Assembly: GCA_963790475.1 (NCBI GenBank) | Contig: CAWBOS010000012.1 | Coordinates: forward strand, 96,001 to 160,000 | DNA length: 64,000 nucleotides | Direction: 5' to 3' | From: an uncultured delta proteobacterium | Lineage (GTDB): Bacteria; Desulfobacterota; RBG-13-43-22 | Shown: piece after piece, positions 30,323 to 41,243 of the stretch | Layout of the letters: each line of letters opens with the position of its first letter | How positions within the stretch are numbered: the stretch's first letter is position 1 | The notes under the pieces: model-generated | What the model saw: only the letters and a program-made list of their open reading frames with translations | What the model was told of the DNA's origin: nothing | Database searches by the model: none | Program-made: the position numbers and the translations under genes

Positions 30323-30850
30323 TTATCTGTGGTCTCTATCACCGTGCCCGCCAGGACCCCTGTGTTCACGAGGGCCACCATCATGCCAACCAGGTCCACC
30401 GTGTCTGCCAGGATGATCCCATCCATGGTCATCTCTCCAATGACCGCCTCTCCAATGTCTATCCAGGTCACCGTGATCTATGGGGTGATGATTCCAAGGA
30501 CGTCCGTACCACATGTGGTTTCTATAATTATCCCTCCAGTCATGAGGTACCCCTCTATACCAGCCTGGATAACCCCGATAAAAAACCCATCCACGGTCAT
30601 AATATCTTGAGCGATACCAACGATTATCCCAATGTCTCCACCACCAGCCTTGTCGGAAGAAGATTTCTGCTTCCACATCGGGGACTCCATAGACATCGGT
30701 TCCGGGCAATACAACCACAGGAGGTGGCGCAATAAAGGGAATTGGGGGGGGTAAAGGAATGTTTACATGAACATCAACCCGGGCCATTGATACACCAGGG
30801 AACACAGTTATCACCGCTAAAAGAAGTGCACCCCATAATAACTTTTTCAT
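30323..30850 (-). CDS. Secreted Pro/Trp/His/Arg-rich low-complexity protein
   Basis: Signal peptide, NIPLPPPIPFIAPPPVVVLP, GWWWRHW, His/Gly-rich tail. Confidence 0.75.
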   Translation of the reverse strand: MKKLLWGALLLAVITVFPGVSMARVDVHVNIPLPPPIPFIAPPPVVVLPGTDVYGVPDVEAEIFFRQGWWWRHWDNRWYRSRYYDRGWVFYRGYPGWYRGVPHDWRDNYRNHMWYGRPWNHHPIDHGDLDRHWRGGHWRDDHGWDHPGRHGGPGWHDGGPREHRGPGGHGDRDHR

Positions 30851-31236
30851 TATCTTATCCTCCATGCAAAAGGTTTTTATCCATATTTAAATAAAAAACC
30901 CCACTTGCGAGAAATGGGGTCTATTATTCTTCCATCGACACTCCTTAGGTAAGGGTTGCCATCAGAAAAGCTCGTTAATTCATTAATTTTTTCTAACCCT
31001 TAATCGCTAAAAAGTCAAATTGATTTTGTTTACTAAGGTTTGGGCTCTTCGATTCTATTCAAAAGGAAGGATTGAATCATTGTTTGATAGAACTTGCTTT
31101 TTGCTGGGAAGTGTATAAAAAAAGAAAAGGACCGGACCCAGGAGACCATTGGCTTTTGACTTGTGCCTTATAGGTAATCAACTCAGCCATATCGGACAGG
31201 CGATTTTTCAAAGGATAAATGTATTAGGAACGATCG

Positions 31237-31470
31237 ATGATGATCCCCTACGAAAAACTAAGCCGGGAAGCCTTGGAGGGGCTTATTGAGGAATTTGTTA
31301 CCCGAGAGGGTACTGATTCCGGTTATACCAAGAAATCGCTGGAAGAAAACGTGGAGATGGTGAAGAAGCAACTGAAAAAGGGAGATGCTTTTATTGTTTA
31401 TGATGAGGCCACCCAGACCGCCAACATCGTGTCAAAAAACCATCTTGGACGAGGACAGTCCCTTAATTGA
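31237..31470 (+). CDS. YheU (UPF0270) family protein
   Basis: MIPYEKLSREALEGLIEEFVTREGTDSG. Confidence 0.88.
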   Translation: MMIPYEKLSREALEGLIEEFVTREGTDSGYTKKSLEENVEMVKKQLKKGDAFIVYDEATQTANIVSKNHLGRGQSLN

Positions 31471-31673
31471 AGATAATAAGAGCCCCATTAGATAAAGGCA
31501 GTAAGCCAAGGCCTCCCTTTTTAAAGGGCGTCTTATGCAGGCTTTAAAACCTCAAGAGGACCCGAGTAAATAAAAATCTCCATTGGGTGACAGTTCTTGT
31601 TTAGAAAAGATAGGTAATTCAGGGAAAGTGGGATATAAGGGCCGGCCCACACGATCATAGGGGGTAACGTAAC

Positions 31674-33083
31674 ATGGAAGACATCACCGATCATTCTCTC
31701 CACAAGTTCTTCTATCCCGAAAGCGTGGCCCTGATAGGGGCCTCAGCCAACCCCATAAGGCCGAGCTACAATCTCATCGGCAATCAGGTCAAGCTCGGGT
31801 ACCAGGGCCGGATGTACCCGGTACATCCAACGGAAAAGGAGATCCTCGGGGTGAAGACTTACCCGAGGGTCATGGACATCGAGGAGATCGTCGACCTGGC
31901 CGTGATCGCTGTTCCTCATGCTCAGACCCCCAAGATCCTCCGGGAATGCATCGAGAAGGGAATCCGGAGGGTGGTCCTGGTCGCCGGCGGCTTCTCCGAG
32001 ACCGGGGAAGAGGGAAAGAAAATACAGCAGCAGATGCTCGAACTCGTCAGGAAGAGTGGCATTCGGGCCATTGGCCCCAACGCCCTCAGCCCCATCAATC
32101 CCCTTCACCACTTCGCCATCAGCTTCCACCCCATTGAACAGCTCAAGACCGGGGGTCTCTCCCTGATCTTCCAGTCCGGCCTTTATGAACCGCGCCTCCA
32201 GTGGATGTTCTCAGCCTTTAACCTTCATCTGAACAAGCTCATCGACCTCGGCAACAAGATGGATTTGAACGAGGTGGATGCCCTGTCCTACCTTGTCTTT
32301 GACCCCCTGACCCGCGTCATCGGCCTCCACCTGGAGAGCCTGGAAGGTGATGGTCGCAAATTTCTGGATCTCATCCATCAAGCCTCCGCCCTGGGGAAAC
32401 GTGTAGTGGTCCTTAAATCAGGCCGCACCGAGGAAGGGGCTAAGGCCGCCGCTTCCCATACCGGGGCCATGGTCAAGGGCGATGATAGGGTTTTCGATAG
32501 ACTGCTGAAGCAATGCGGGGCTATCAGGGCCTATACCATCGAGGAGTTCTTTGACCTTGCCAGGGCCCTGGAACGTTTCGGACCTCTCACCCTCAAGGGC
32601 GACCGCGTCGTGGTGGCCGCCCTCCCGGGAGGGGAGGGTGTCATCATGACCGATCTCGTTCAGCAGGAGGGCATGACGATGGCCAAGACCGGGGAAAAGA
32701 CCATAGAGAAACTGAGACCAATCTTTCCCCCCTGGGAGATATCGGCTAACCCCTTCGACCTCGGTGTTGCCCTGCAGTTTAATGACTCAATCCGGGTTTA
32801 CGAAACCCTGGTTGCCGCCTTGAGCGAGGACGAGAACGTGGATGCCCTCCACCTCCAGATTCCTCACCAAATCCTGTTTTTGCCCAAGGAAATTTTAGAG
32901 CTGTTTCACCGCGCCCCGGCCCTGGGCAAGCCTTTGGCGCTGTGGGTGGCCGGCATGGAGCCGGGAACCCATGAAACCCTGCGATGGCTGGAAGATAACG
33001 GGGTCCCCGTCTTTCCCACGCCGGAGAAGGCTATCCGGGCACTTTCTGCCCTCCATCAACTGAGCTTGTATGGAAAAGCATGA
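31674..33083 (+). CDS. NDP-forming acyl-CoA synthetase alpha-like (CoA-binding) protein
   Basis: FYPESVALIGAS, IGPN, KSGRTEEGAKAAASHTG (phospho-His), NPFDL. Confidence 0.88.
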   Translation: MEDITDHSLHKFFYPESVALIGASANPIRPSYNLIGNQVKLGYQGRMYPVHPTEKEILGVKTYPRVMDIEEIVDLAVIAVPHAQTPKILRECIEKGIRRVVLVAGGFSETGEEGKKIQQQMLELVRKSGIRAIGPNALSPINPLHHFAISFHPIEQLKTGGLSLIFQSGLYEPRLQWMFSAFNLHLNKLIDLGNKMDLNEVDALSYLVFDPLTRVIGLHLESLEGDGRKFLDLIHQASALGKRVVVLKSGRTEEGAKAAASHTGAMVKGDDRVFDRLLKQCGAIRAYTIEEFFDLARALERFGPLTLKGDRVVVAALPGGEGVIMTDLVQQEGMTMAKTGEKTIEKLRPIFPPWEISANPFDLGVALQFNDSIRVYETLVAALSEDENVDALHLQIPHQILFLPKEILELFHRAPALGKPLALWVAGMEPGTHETLRWLEDNGVPVFPTPEKAIRALSALHQLSLYGKA

Positions 33084-33181
33084 CCTTGAATTTCAGAAAA
33101 GAGGACGTTGTGAATGAATTGGACAATGTGCCCCAAAGTGTTTATGGTGAATCATATCGCTGAATAATAGGAGGAACAAAA

Positions 33182-33571
33182 ATGGAAAAGAGTCAAGAGC
33201 CAAACAAGGCCGAGGTCAGTCCGGAGATTATAAAAGCCTTTCATTTGATGTGGGATATGTTTCCTACTCCCGTATTCCTTTTGAGAAAAGATCGGGATAT
33301 TATAGATTTCAACCAAACAGCCAAAGACAGGGGGGTCCGTTTGGGAGGGAAGTGTTATCAATTATCCGGGGATGATTGTATTCATAAACAGTGTCTGGGA
33401 AATTCGGCTTTGGAAGAAGGGGTGGGCAAAAGATCCGTCGGCTACTATGCCCCCAGTAAACGGTTCGTGGATTCTTATTGGCTCCCCATCAAGGGCCAAA
33501 AAGATTTGTTTGTCCATTTCGCGATTGACATCACCAAATACGCCAACCCCGAACTGTTCACGACAGCCTAA
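33182..33571 (+). CDS. Hypothetical PAS-like protein
   Basis: WDMFPTPVFLL…FNQTA…KCY…C…C; RBS GGAGG. Confidence 0.7.
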   Translation: MEKSQEPNKAEVSPEIIKAFHLMWDMFPTPVFLLRKDRDIIDFNQTAKDRGVRLGGKCYQLSGDDCIHKQCLGNSALEEGVGKRSVGYYAPSKRFVDSYWLPIKGQKDLFVHFAIDITKYANPELFTTA

Positions 33572-33595
33572 TCTTATCAAAGAAGGGAAGAAAAG

Positions 33596-34330
33596 ATGAC
33601 TTTGGAAATAAATGGCCGGATCGCTTTAGTGACCGGGGCCAGTCGGGGAATCGGCCGGGCCATCGCGCTGTCCCTGGCCAAAGCCGGCGTTGATGTGGCG
33701 GTCAATTTCCAGTTCCGTGAAAAGGAGGCCCAGGGGGTGTGCGCGGAAATCAAAAGTCTTGGCCGCCGCTCTCTGGCCGTGCAGGCCGATGTCAGCCGGG
33801 CGGAAGAGGTGAGCCGATTGGTCAAAACCATCGAGAAGGAACTGGGGACCCTGTCCATCCTTATAAACAATGCCGGGATCGCCAAACCCCGGAGCCTCGA
33901 GGAAATGACCGAAGAAGTCTGGGACGAAACGCTCAGGATCAATCTGAAATCCTGTTACCTGGTTACTGAGGCTGTCTTGCCGGGTCTCCGGGCCCAGCGC
34001 TGGGGGAGGATCATCAACCTGTCCTCGACCGCCGCCCAGGTTGGAGGGGTTGTTGGCCCTCATTATGCGGCCGCCAAGGCCGGTATCCTGGGGCTGACCC
34101 ATTCCTACGCTTCCCGGTTATTCAAAGAAGGGATCACGGTTAATGCCATATGCCCGGCCTTGATCATCACCGATATGGTCAGCGAAAATCTCAGGGCCAG
34201 ACCGGATCGCATTCCGGTCGGCCGTTTCGGGACCGTGGAAGAGGTGGCTGAAGTGGCCCTTATGCTGGCCGGCAACGGATATATGACCGGACAAACCATC
34301 CAGGTCAATGGCGGTCTTTACCAGACCTGA
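33596..34330 (+). CDS. SDR family oxidoreductase (FabG-like)
   Basis: TGASRGIG, NNAG, YAAAK. Confidence 0.93.
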   Translation: MTLEINGRIALVTGASRGIGRAIALSLAKAGVDVAVNFQFREKEAQGVCAEIKSLGRRSLAVQADVSRAEEVSRLVKTIEKELGTLSILINNAGIAKPRSLEEMTEEVWDETLRINLKSCYLVTEAVLPGLRAQRWGRIINLSSTAAQVGGVVGPHYAAAKAGILGLTHSYASRLFKEGITVNAICPALIITDMVSENLRARPDRIPVGRFGTVEEVAEVALMLAGNGYMTGQTIQVNGGLYQT

Positions 34331-34431
34331 TCTTTGACTATCCGGATCGATACCGGCCCACTTTTCAGATAGAGTGCACAAAGAAAGGATCGCCGTCTCA
34401 GAGGCGGTCTGTGAACATAGGGAGGCTTGAG

Positions 34432-34971
34432 ATGGTGGAGAAAGCAATGCTGGAGAAGTTGTTTAAGGATCGTGGATTTCCCGATTTCAAATGGATCGAA
34501 GCCAGGGATATCGTAGTGGCCCAGTGGGTGCGATTTCGATGCATGTTTGGTTGCCCCGCTTATGGCAAGAGAGGAACGTGTCCTCCCCATGTCCCCTCCA
34601 TTGAGGAATGCCGACAGATGATTTCAGAATATAGCCAGGTCGCGGTGTTCCATTTTGAAAAGAAAATGGAGACACCCGAGGATCGTAAAACGTGGGGCCA
34701 AGGAATTGTCTCGAGACTATTGGAGATCGAGAGAGAAGTGTTCCTTTCCGGTAATTACAAAACATTCCTTATCTCGTTTGCTTCCTGTGGGTTTTGTGAG
34801 GACTGTGCCGCTGATCGTCTGAAATGCAAGAATCCAAAAATGGCCCGCCCGGGCGCCGATGCCCTGGGCATAGACGTGTACGCGACCGTCCGCGGTATAG
34901 GTTACCCCATTCAGGTTTTGAAGAACTACGACGAACCCATGAACAGGTACGCTTTTTTGCTGATCGAGTAG
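34432..34971 (+). CDS. DUF2284 metal-binding protein
   Basis: WVRFRCMFGCPAYG…CPP, CGFCEDC…C…ARPG, GIDVYAT. Confidence 0.85.
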   Translation: MVEKAMLEKLFKDRGFPDFKWIEARDIVVAQWVRFRCMFGCPAYGKRGTCPPHVPSIEECRQMISEYSQVAVFHFEKKMETPEDRKTWGQGIVSRLLEIEREVFLSGNYKTFLISFASCGFCEDCAADRLKCKNPKMARPGADALGIDVYATVRGIGYPIQVLKNYDEPMNRYAFLLIE

Positions 34972-35118
34972 ACTCAAAACAGAAGCCTAACAGCCGGAAC
35001 GAAAAGTTATTACTAAAATAAATAAAGGGGAAAAAGGGGAAAACAAGGGGCCAAAACATAGAGCCCGGGGGTATTGGGCAAAGAAAGGACGGCAACAAAA
35101 GTTCGGAGAGGCGAAAAC

Positions 35119-36117
35119 ATGAAGATTATAAGTGTAGATGTCATGGAGCTCAAACCGCGGAATAATCCCCGCTGGCGGCTCGTTGTCTGCCGTATCAATA
35201 CCGATGAAGGCCTTTATGGATATGGCGAGGCGGCCATGGCTTACGGTGTAGGTGCCTCAGCTGCTTTCGGCATGATCAAAGACCTTTCCCGCATGATTAT
35301 CGACAAAGATCCTCTCGATAACGAAGTAATCTGGGACAGGTTATATAAAGCCACCTTCTGGGGGCAGAACGGCGGTCCGGTGATTTTCTCCGGTATCAGC
35401 GCCATCGACCTGGCCTTATGGGACATCAAGGGCAAGGCCTTCAACGTCCCCGTTTACCGGCTGCTTGGAGGCAAGAGAAGGGAGAAACTGAGATCTTATG
35501 CCAGCCAGCTTCAATTCGGCTGGGATGATGGGCTCACTTCGGTCTGGGCCACGAAAGATTACGCCGCCGTTGCCCGTAAGGCGGTAGCCGAAGGCTATGA
35601 GGCCATCAAAATCGACTTCTTTACTTATGACCGGGATGGTAAAAATTTTTCTTCCGAAGAGGCCACCCGATTACTCAAACCCTATTACCTGAACCTGATT
35701 GAGGAAAGAATTGCCGCGGTGAGAGAGGCCATAGGCCCGCAGGTCGATATCATTATAGAAGCCCATTCCGTTACCGATGCTCAGGCGGCCATCCAGATCG
35801 GAAAGAGGGCCGAGAAATATAATATCTTTGCCTATGAGGAACCTACCGCTTATGATGTAAGTGTCCAGGCGCATGTCTGTGCCAGCCCGCTTTCAACAGC
35901 CGCAGCCCTGCATTTAGAAGCGGTCATTCCTAACTTCTGCATCCATGAGCATCATGTGATCAATCTGGCTTCCTTCAACAAGGAACTCTGCCTCTACGAT
36001 TATCAGCCGGTTGACGGCTATATCGGGGTTCCGGAGAATCCGGGCCTTGGCAATGAATTATCCCCATACGCGCTGGAAACAGCCGACAGGCTGACAATAT
36101 CAAGGCCAAAAAAATAA
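35119..36117 (+). pseudogene. Mandelate racemase/muconate lactonizing family enzyme with in-frame internal deletion
   Basis: SAIDLALWDIKGK and KID present, but YEEPT joins directly to AYDVSVQAH, so the GE…QPD…GG segment is missing. Confidence 0.75.
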
Positions 36118-36174
36118 AAGTCACCTGCCTCTGGCTGTCCCTATTTTTCCGCCCGATAAAAGAGGAAAACTCTA

Positions 36175-36975
36175 ATGCCTCAATTAAACTCACCCATGGA
36201 TATTCTGAGGTTGCTGGAAAAATCAAATTGCCGCAAGTGTGGTGAACTCACCTGTCTGGCTTTTGCCGCGGCCGTGTTTAAAGGGCAAAAAAGTCTCCAG
36301 GACTGCCCTCGTCTGGACCCGGAAATTATTGAGCGGTTTAAAGCCAAACCCAAAACGGAAGGAGAGAACGACAGAGAGCTCAAGGACAGGTTGGAACGTT
36401 TAAGAAAAAGGCTTTCTATTCTGGATTTTCCCGCGGCAGCGCAAAGAACGGGCGGAAGATATGCTGATGGCAAATTGACCCTGAAAATTCTCGGGAAAGA
36501 CTTCAGTGTCGATACCCAGGGGGATTTTTCTTCGGATATTCATGTTCATGATTGGATAACCGGACCGGTTCTCAACTACGTCATTGCCGGAGCGGGAATC
36601 CCCGTTTCCGGGAGGTGGGTTCCCTTCAGGGAATTGAAAAACGGAGGGACCTGGGGGCCTCTTTTTCATCAACGATGCGAAAAGCCCTTAAAAAGGGTAG
36701 CCGATACCTATACGGATTTTTTTGAGGACATGATCCGGATATTCAACGGCCGACAAGTGGAGAATCATTATGCCTCCGATATTTCTCTGGTTCTGCATCC
36801 CCTGCCGAAAATTCCGATACTGATTTGTTACTGGAAACCGGATGAGGGGCTCGAATCCAGCCTTAACCTGTTTTTCGATTCAACGGCCGAGGACAATCTC
36901 AACATCGAATCCCTGTTTGCCCTTGGGACCGGATTGACCAGGATGTTTGAAAAGATCGGCTTGACACACGGATAA
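36175..36975 (+). CDS. Fe-S domain plus DUF3786 protein
   Basis: NCRKCGELTCLAFA…CP, WVPFREL, PLPKIP. Confidence 0.85.
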   Translation: MPQLNSPMDILRLLEKSNCRKCGELTCLAFAAAVFKGQKSLQDCPRLDPEIIERFKAKPKTEGENDRELKDRLERLRKRLSILDFPAAAQRTGGRYADGKLTLKILGKDFSVDTQGDFSSDIHVHDWITGPVLNYVIAGAGIPVSGRWVPFRELKNGGTWGPLFHQRCEKPLKRVADTYTDFFEDMIRIFNGRQVENHYASDISLVLHPLPKIPILICYWKPDEGLESSLNLFFDSTAEDNLNIESLFALGTGLTRMFEKIGLTHG

Positions 36976-37286
36976 AAGCCAAAGAGTCTTGAAAGCAGGC
37001 CCAACAGGGGGATTCCAAGGATACAATACCTAACATACCTCTTAAACCCCAATATCAGGAATAGAGGTTCACCGCATCCCCATGTATACCAGAGCTTGGA
37101 CTGAAATATTATAGGAGCAATTTTAACAAGATTTTTTTCAATCGGCCAAGCGGAGACTTGAACCCTTTACGGTCAGGAAAACCACGAATTTAATCCGGTT
37201 GAATACTTCTCGGGAATTTGCTAACTTCCTGAGAAACTCTGCACAAAGTCAGGATGGAATCATAAAAAGGAAGGGGTCGTCTCCCT

Positions 37287-38303
37287 ATGCTTGAGAAGGA
37301 AGAAGGACTAACAATTAAACGCTATGTAAATGGCCAAGAATCAAAGAAGAGGCCCTTCTACACAAAACTCTGCCGTCTCTTGGGGATAGAATACCCCATT
37401 ATCCAAGGGGCTTTAGGCGGAATCGGAGGCCCTGATCTGGCTGCCGCTGTATCCAATGCCGGCGGACTGGGTGTCTTAGCCGCTTGGGGTCTCTCGTTGG
37501 AGCAGTTACGGCAGGCCATACAGCGGACACGAGAACTCACCACACTGCCTTTTGGGGTGAACATCATGCCCTTAAGTCCTCAATTCACCCGCTCCCGCGC
37601 AGAATTGGTGGTGAATGAAGGGATTGCCATTGTCACCACCGGCAGGGGAGATCCGAGAGAACCCATCGTCCAGTTTCTCAAGGAACGGGGAATCAAGGTC
37701 CTGGGGGTGGTGCCGACAGTAAGGCATGCCTTACGCCTGGAAGAAGAAGGTGTGGATGCACTGGTAGCCTCCGGTTGTGAGGCAGGTGGGCACGTCGGTC
37801 GTGTCGGTACGATGGCCCTCGTACCCCAGGTTGTCGATGCCGTCAAGGTTCCAGTGATCGCCGCTGGGGGTATCATCGATGCCAGGGGGTTTATGGCAGC
37901 CCTTTCCCTGGGCGCCTGCGGAGTGCAGATGGGAACGCGATTCGTGGCTACCGAAGAATCCGGGGCTTCTCTTGAGGAGAAACAGAGAATCCTTGAGGCC
38001 GTGGATGAAGACAATGTAGTGACGGAGATCTTTACCGGGAAACCGGTCAGGGTATTGACAAGCCCCCAACTCAACAGCCTCCTCCAATCCATGAAGAAGG
38101 GATTGCCCATGGAGGAGGCCCGCTCGCGCCTCATGGAATTACGGAAGAAAAAAAAAGAAAAAGATCAAGGGGTCATCAGCGTTACCTCGGGCCAGGGAGC
38201 AGGGTTGGTTCACAGGATCTTACATGCCAAGGAGGTTGTCTTGGAAATTGTGAGTGGAGGGGAGGCCCTCTACCGAAAACTTAATCCCTGGTCCATGGAA
38301 TAA
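37287..38303 (+). CDS. Nitronate monooxygenase / FabK-like FMN oxidoreductase
   Basis: YPIIQG, VSNAGGLG, EAGGH, VIAAGGI, GVQMGTRF. Confidence 0.9.
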   Translation: MLEKEEGLTIKRYVNGQESKKRPFYTKLCRLLGIEYPIIQGALGGIGGPDLAAAVSNAGGLGVLAAWGLSLEQLRQAIQRTRELTTLPFGVNIMPLSPQFTRSRAELVVNEGIAIVTTGRGDPREPIVQFLKERGIKVLGVVPTVRHALRLEEEGVDALVASGCEAGGHVGRVGTMALVPQVVDAVKVPVIAAGGIIDARGFMAALSLGACGVQMGTRFVATEESGASLEEKQRILEAVDEDNVVTEIFTGKPVRVLTSPQLNSLLQSMKKGLPMEEARSRLMELRKKKKEKDQGVISVTSGQGAGLVHRILHAKEVVLEIVSGGEALYRKLNPWSME

Positions 38304-38349
38304 ATTTAATAAATCGAATTTAGACCGGATATATTTGTTTTTAAAAAAA

Positions 38350-38412
38350 GGGAGATTCGTAAAACTGGACGAATTGCCCGATTGAATAAGTTGTTTTAAC
38401 CCCGGCGTCCCC
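38350..38412 (+). repeat. Dispersed repeat: 3' end of a Phd-like antitoxin gene plus tail (copy 1 of 4)
   Basis: GATTCGTAAAACTGGACGAATTGCCCGATTGAATAAGTTGTTTTAAC; other copies at ~45611, ~50201, ~52651. Confidence 0.85.
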
Positions 38413-38652
38413 TCTCATAATTCCCGATGAGAGCGGTCACGATTAGCCTTCAGCTTTCAAAAAAACTTTTAAAAAATGGCTTTTGCTGACTGATAACGGC
38501 TATTCGCTAATCAGGAACCCCACTAATTAAGGTCAGGTAATCCGATTTCCTTGAAATGAGGTAGCCCATTGACTCTTCTCCTTACTTGCCTTAGATTAAT
38601 TCTGTAGGTAGGCCAGGATTAGCCGAATTAGAGAATATAGAAGGAACTTCTA

Positions 38653-38973
38653 ATGGCTGAAGCGAAACCGGGTAATAAGAGCAAAGAATCTAAAGACACC
38701 AAAAATCCTCCGACCATCGATATTTATAAGACCTGGTGCAAGGGCTGCGGCCTGTGCGCCAACTTTTGTCCCACCGGGGCCCTGGCCCGGGATGAAGCAG
38801 GGTATCCCTATGTCAAAGACATTAACAAGTGCACCAACTGCGGATTATGTGAGCTCCGCTGCCCCGACTTTGCCATTACGGTCCGTAAGAAATCCAAAGA
38901 AGGAAGAAGGAAGCATGAAGAAGCCCAAAAAGCCCAAGAAGACGGGAAAGAAGGAACTGCTCCTCCAGGGTAA
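38653..38973 (+). CDS. korD: 2-oxoacid:ferredoxin oxidoreductase delta subunit (2[4Fe-4S])
   Basis: WCKGCGLCANFCP, CTNCGLCELRCPDFAI. Confidence 0.88.
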   Translation: MAEAKPGNKSKESKDTKNPPTIDIYKTWCKGCGLCANFCPTGALARDEAGYPYVKDINKCTNCGLCELRCPDFAITVRKKSKEGRRKHEEAQKAQEDGKEGTAPPG

Positions 38974-40081
38974 CGAGGCCATCGTCGAGGGGGCCCTCAA
39001 GGCCGGCTGCCGCTTCTTTGCCGGGTACCCCATTACCCCGGCCACAGAGATTTCGGAGCTTTTGTCCGTCAAGCTGCCACGGATGGACGGCACCTTTATC
39101 CAGATGGAAGATGAAATTGCCAGCATGGGGGCTATCATCGGCGCCTCGCTGGCCGGGGTGAAATCCATGACCGCTACCAGCGGTCCCGGGTTTTCTCTCA
39201 TGCAGGAAAACCTGGGATTCGCGGCCATGGCCGAGGTGCCCTGCGTGGTGGTCGATGCCATGAGGGGAGGACCGAGCACCGGACTTCCCACCTCTCCGGC
39301 CCAAAGCGATGTCATGCAGGCCCGCTGGGGTACCCACGGTGATCATCCGATCATCGTCCTCTGCCCGTCAACGGTGAGGGGATGTTATGACCTGACGATC
39401 AGGGCCTTCAATCTGTCGGAACGATTCAGGACCCCGGTTATTCTCCTGGTAGACGAAGTGGTGGCCCACATGAGGGAGAAGATCACCCTGTCTGACGACG
39501 AACCGGTCGAGCTGTTCAACCGGGTCAGACCTGCGGTTCCGCCGGAATGGTTTATCCCCTACGAGGATACCCCGGGAGGCGTCCCGCCCATGGCCGATTT
39601 TGGGGAAGGTTACCGCTACCATGTCACCGGCTTGACCCACGACGTCCGGGGATTTCCGACCTCCCGCCCTGATGAGGTGGACCCCTTTATCCGGCGGCTC
39701 TTCCGAAAGATAAGCCAGCACTTTCCGGAAATTCAGAGCGGGGAATTTTTTCAGACCGATGATGCCGAGATGACCATTATCGCTTATGGCTGTGTGGCCA
39801 GGTCCGCCAGGAGGGCGGTCAAGGACGCCCGGGAGAGCGGAATGAAGATCGGCCTCTTGAGATTGGATACCCTCTGGCCCTTTATGAGGACCGCGGTGGA
39901 AAAGGTTCTCCAGACCTCGAAGACGATCATTGTCCCGGAGATGAACATGGGGCAGATTTCCAGAGAGGTCAAAAGGGTGAATAAGGGGTCCGCCAAAGTG
40001 GTTACCATCAACAAGGTAGACGGGTCGATTATCACCCCGGAGGAGATCCTGGAGCGTATCAGGGAGGTGGCCCATGGCTGA
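38915..40081 (+). CDS. korA: 2-oxoglutarate:ferredoxin oxidoreductase alpha subunit
   Basis: GYPITPATE, QMEDEIAS, TATSGPGFSLMQE, RGGPSTGLPT; start placed at ATG 38915. Confidence 0.9.
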   Translation: MKKPKKPKKTGKKELLLQGNEAIVEGALKAGCRFFAGYPITPATEISELLSVKLPRMDGTFIQMEDEIASMGAIIGASLAGVKSMTATSGPGFSLMQENLGFAAMAEVPCVVVDAMRGGPSTGLPTSPAQSDVMQARWGTHGDHPIIVLCPSTVRGCYDLTIRAFNLSERFRTPVILLVDEVVAHMREKITLSDDEPVELFNRVRPAVPPEWFIPYEDTPGGVPPMADFGEGYRYHVTGLTHDVRGFPTSRPDEVDPFIRRLFRKISQHFPEIQSGEFFQTDDAEMTIIAYGCVARSARRAVKDARESGMKIGLLRLDTLWPFMRTAVEKVLQTSKTIIVPEMNMGQISREVKRVNKGSAKVVTINKVDGSIITPEEILERIREVAHG

Positions 40082-40919
40082 AGTGACCCAATTGATCCAT
40101 AAGTATCTCCGCCACGACAAAAAGTTCCCCCACGTCTGGTGCCCGGGATGCGGCATAGGGATCATGCTCGGGGCGCTCATCCGGGCCATAGACCGGTGCG
40201 GGTTCAGCAAGGATGAAGTGGTTCTCATCTCCGGAATAGGATGTACCGGGCGGCTGCCCGTTTATATCGACTTCAATACGCTTCATACCACCCACGGCCG
40301 GGCCCTGACCTTTGCCACCGGCGTCAAACTGGCCAAGCCGGGTCTCAAGGTCATTGTCGTCATGGGGGATGGAGACGCCGTGGCCATAGGCGGCAATCAC
40401 TTTATCCATGCGGCCCGAAGAAACATCAATATCTCCGCCATCATTTTAAACAACAGCGTCTATGGGATGACCGGAGGACAATATTCGCCCACCACACCTT
40501 ACGGGGCGAGGACGGCCACTTCCCCGTACACCCAGGTGGAACAGGCCTTTAATATAGCCGAACTGGCCGTGTGTGCCGGGGCCCCTTTTGTGGCCCGGGG
40601 CACGGTCTTCCATGCCCAACAACTGGACAGCCTAATGGAAAGGGCCTTTTTGAAAAAGGGCTTCTCGGTGGTCGAAGTCATATCCCATTGTCATACCCAG
40701 TTCGGCAAAATGAACCAGATGGGCTCGGCCGTGGAAATGATGACCTGGCAGAGAGACCATGCCGTTACCATGGAGAAGGCGGCCAGGTTGACCGGTGAAG
40801 AGCTGAAGGACAAATTCACCATAGGCGTGCTGGTGGATAAAGAGCTTCCGGTGTATGACGAGGAGTATGAAAAAGTGCGCGGATGGGCGAAGGAGGCAGG
40901 AGAGAAACAAGGGGTTTAG
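40074..40919 (+). CDS. korB: 2-oxoglutarate:ferredoxin oxidoreductase beta subunit
   Basis: WCPGCG, SGIGC, GDGD…NN TPP motif, YGMTGGQYSPT. Confidence 0.9.
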   Translation: MAEVTQLIHKYLRHDKKFPHVWCPGCGIGIMLGALIRAIDRCGFSKDEVVLISGIGCTGRLPVYIDFNTLHTTHGRALTFATGVKLAKPGLKVIVVMGDGDAVAIGGNHFIHAARRNINISAIILNNSVYGMTGGQYSPTTPYGARTATSPYTQVEQAFNIAELAVCAGAPFVARGTVFHAQQLDSLMERAFLKKGFSVVEVISHCHTQFGKMNQMGSAVEMMTWQRDHAVTMEKAARLTGEELKDKFTIGVLVDKELPVYDEEYEKVRGWAKEAGEKQGV

Positions 40920-41052
40920 TCGCTTAGGTAATACCATTTAAGGATTTATCTTTAACATTTTTATCCTTGCGGGCAGTTCGTTTCTCGTTACGGGTTGCTG
41001 GTTGCGGGTTAAAACCAGAAACCAGTAACCAAAATCAGTAGCGAGTAACTTG

Positions 41053-41185
41053 TGATGGACTTGCAAAAAGTCGTCACCCCGGCGAAAGCCGGGGTCCAGG
41101 AGATTTTACCTATTTAAAAACACTGGATTCCGGCTTTCGCCGGAATGACAAATTCGGGTTTCGGCGACCTTTTGTGAGTTGATCA
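41053..41185. mobile_element. MITE with internal REP-type hairpins between korB and korC
   Basis: Ends TGATGGACTTGCAAAAAGTC and GACCTTTTGTGAGTTGATCA; internal GTCACCCCGGCGAAAGCCGGGGTCCAG…CTGGATTCCGGCTTTCGCCGGAATGAC. Confidence 0.75.
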
Positions 41186-41243
41186 CTCATAACCAGTAAT
41201 AGAAATTTCAAATAGTGGTGGATAAGGTTAAGGGAAAAAGGGC

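Noticed and set aside
30238-30735. His-rich + strand ORFs as RiPP precursors or metal-binding peptides
   Set aside because: Antisense to the signal-peptide gene at 30323-30850, and far from the YcaO.
37143-37197. tRNA-like GGTTCAAGTC on the minus strand
   Set aside because: The T-stem and acceptor stem do not pair and there is no D-arm; at most a decayed fragment.
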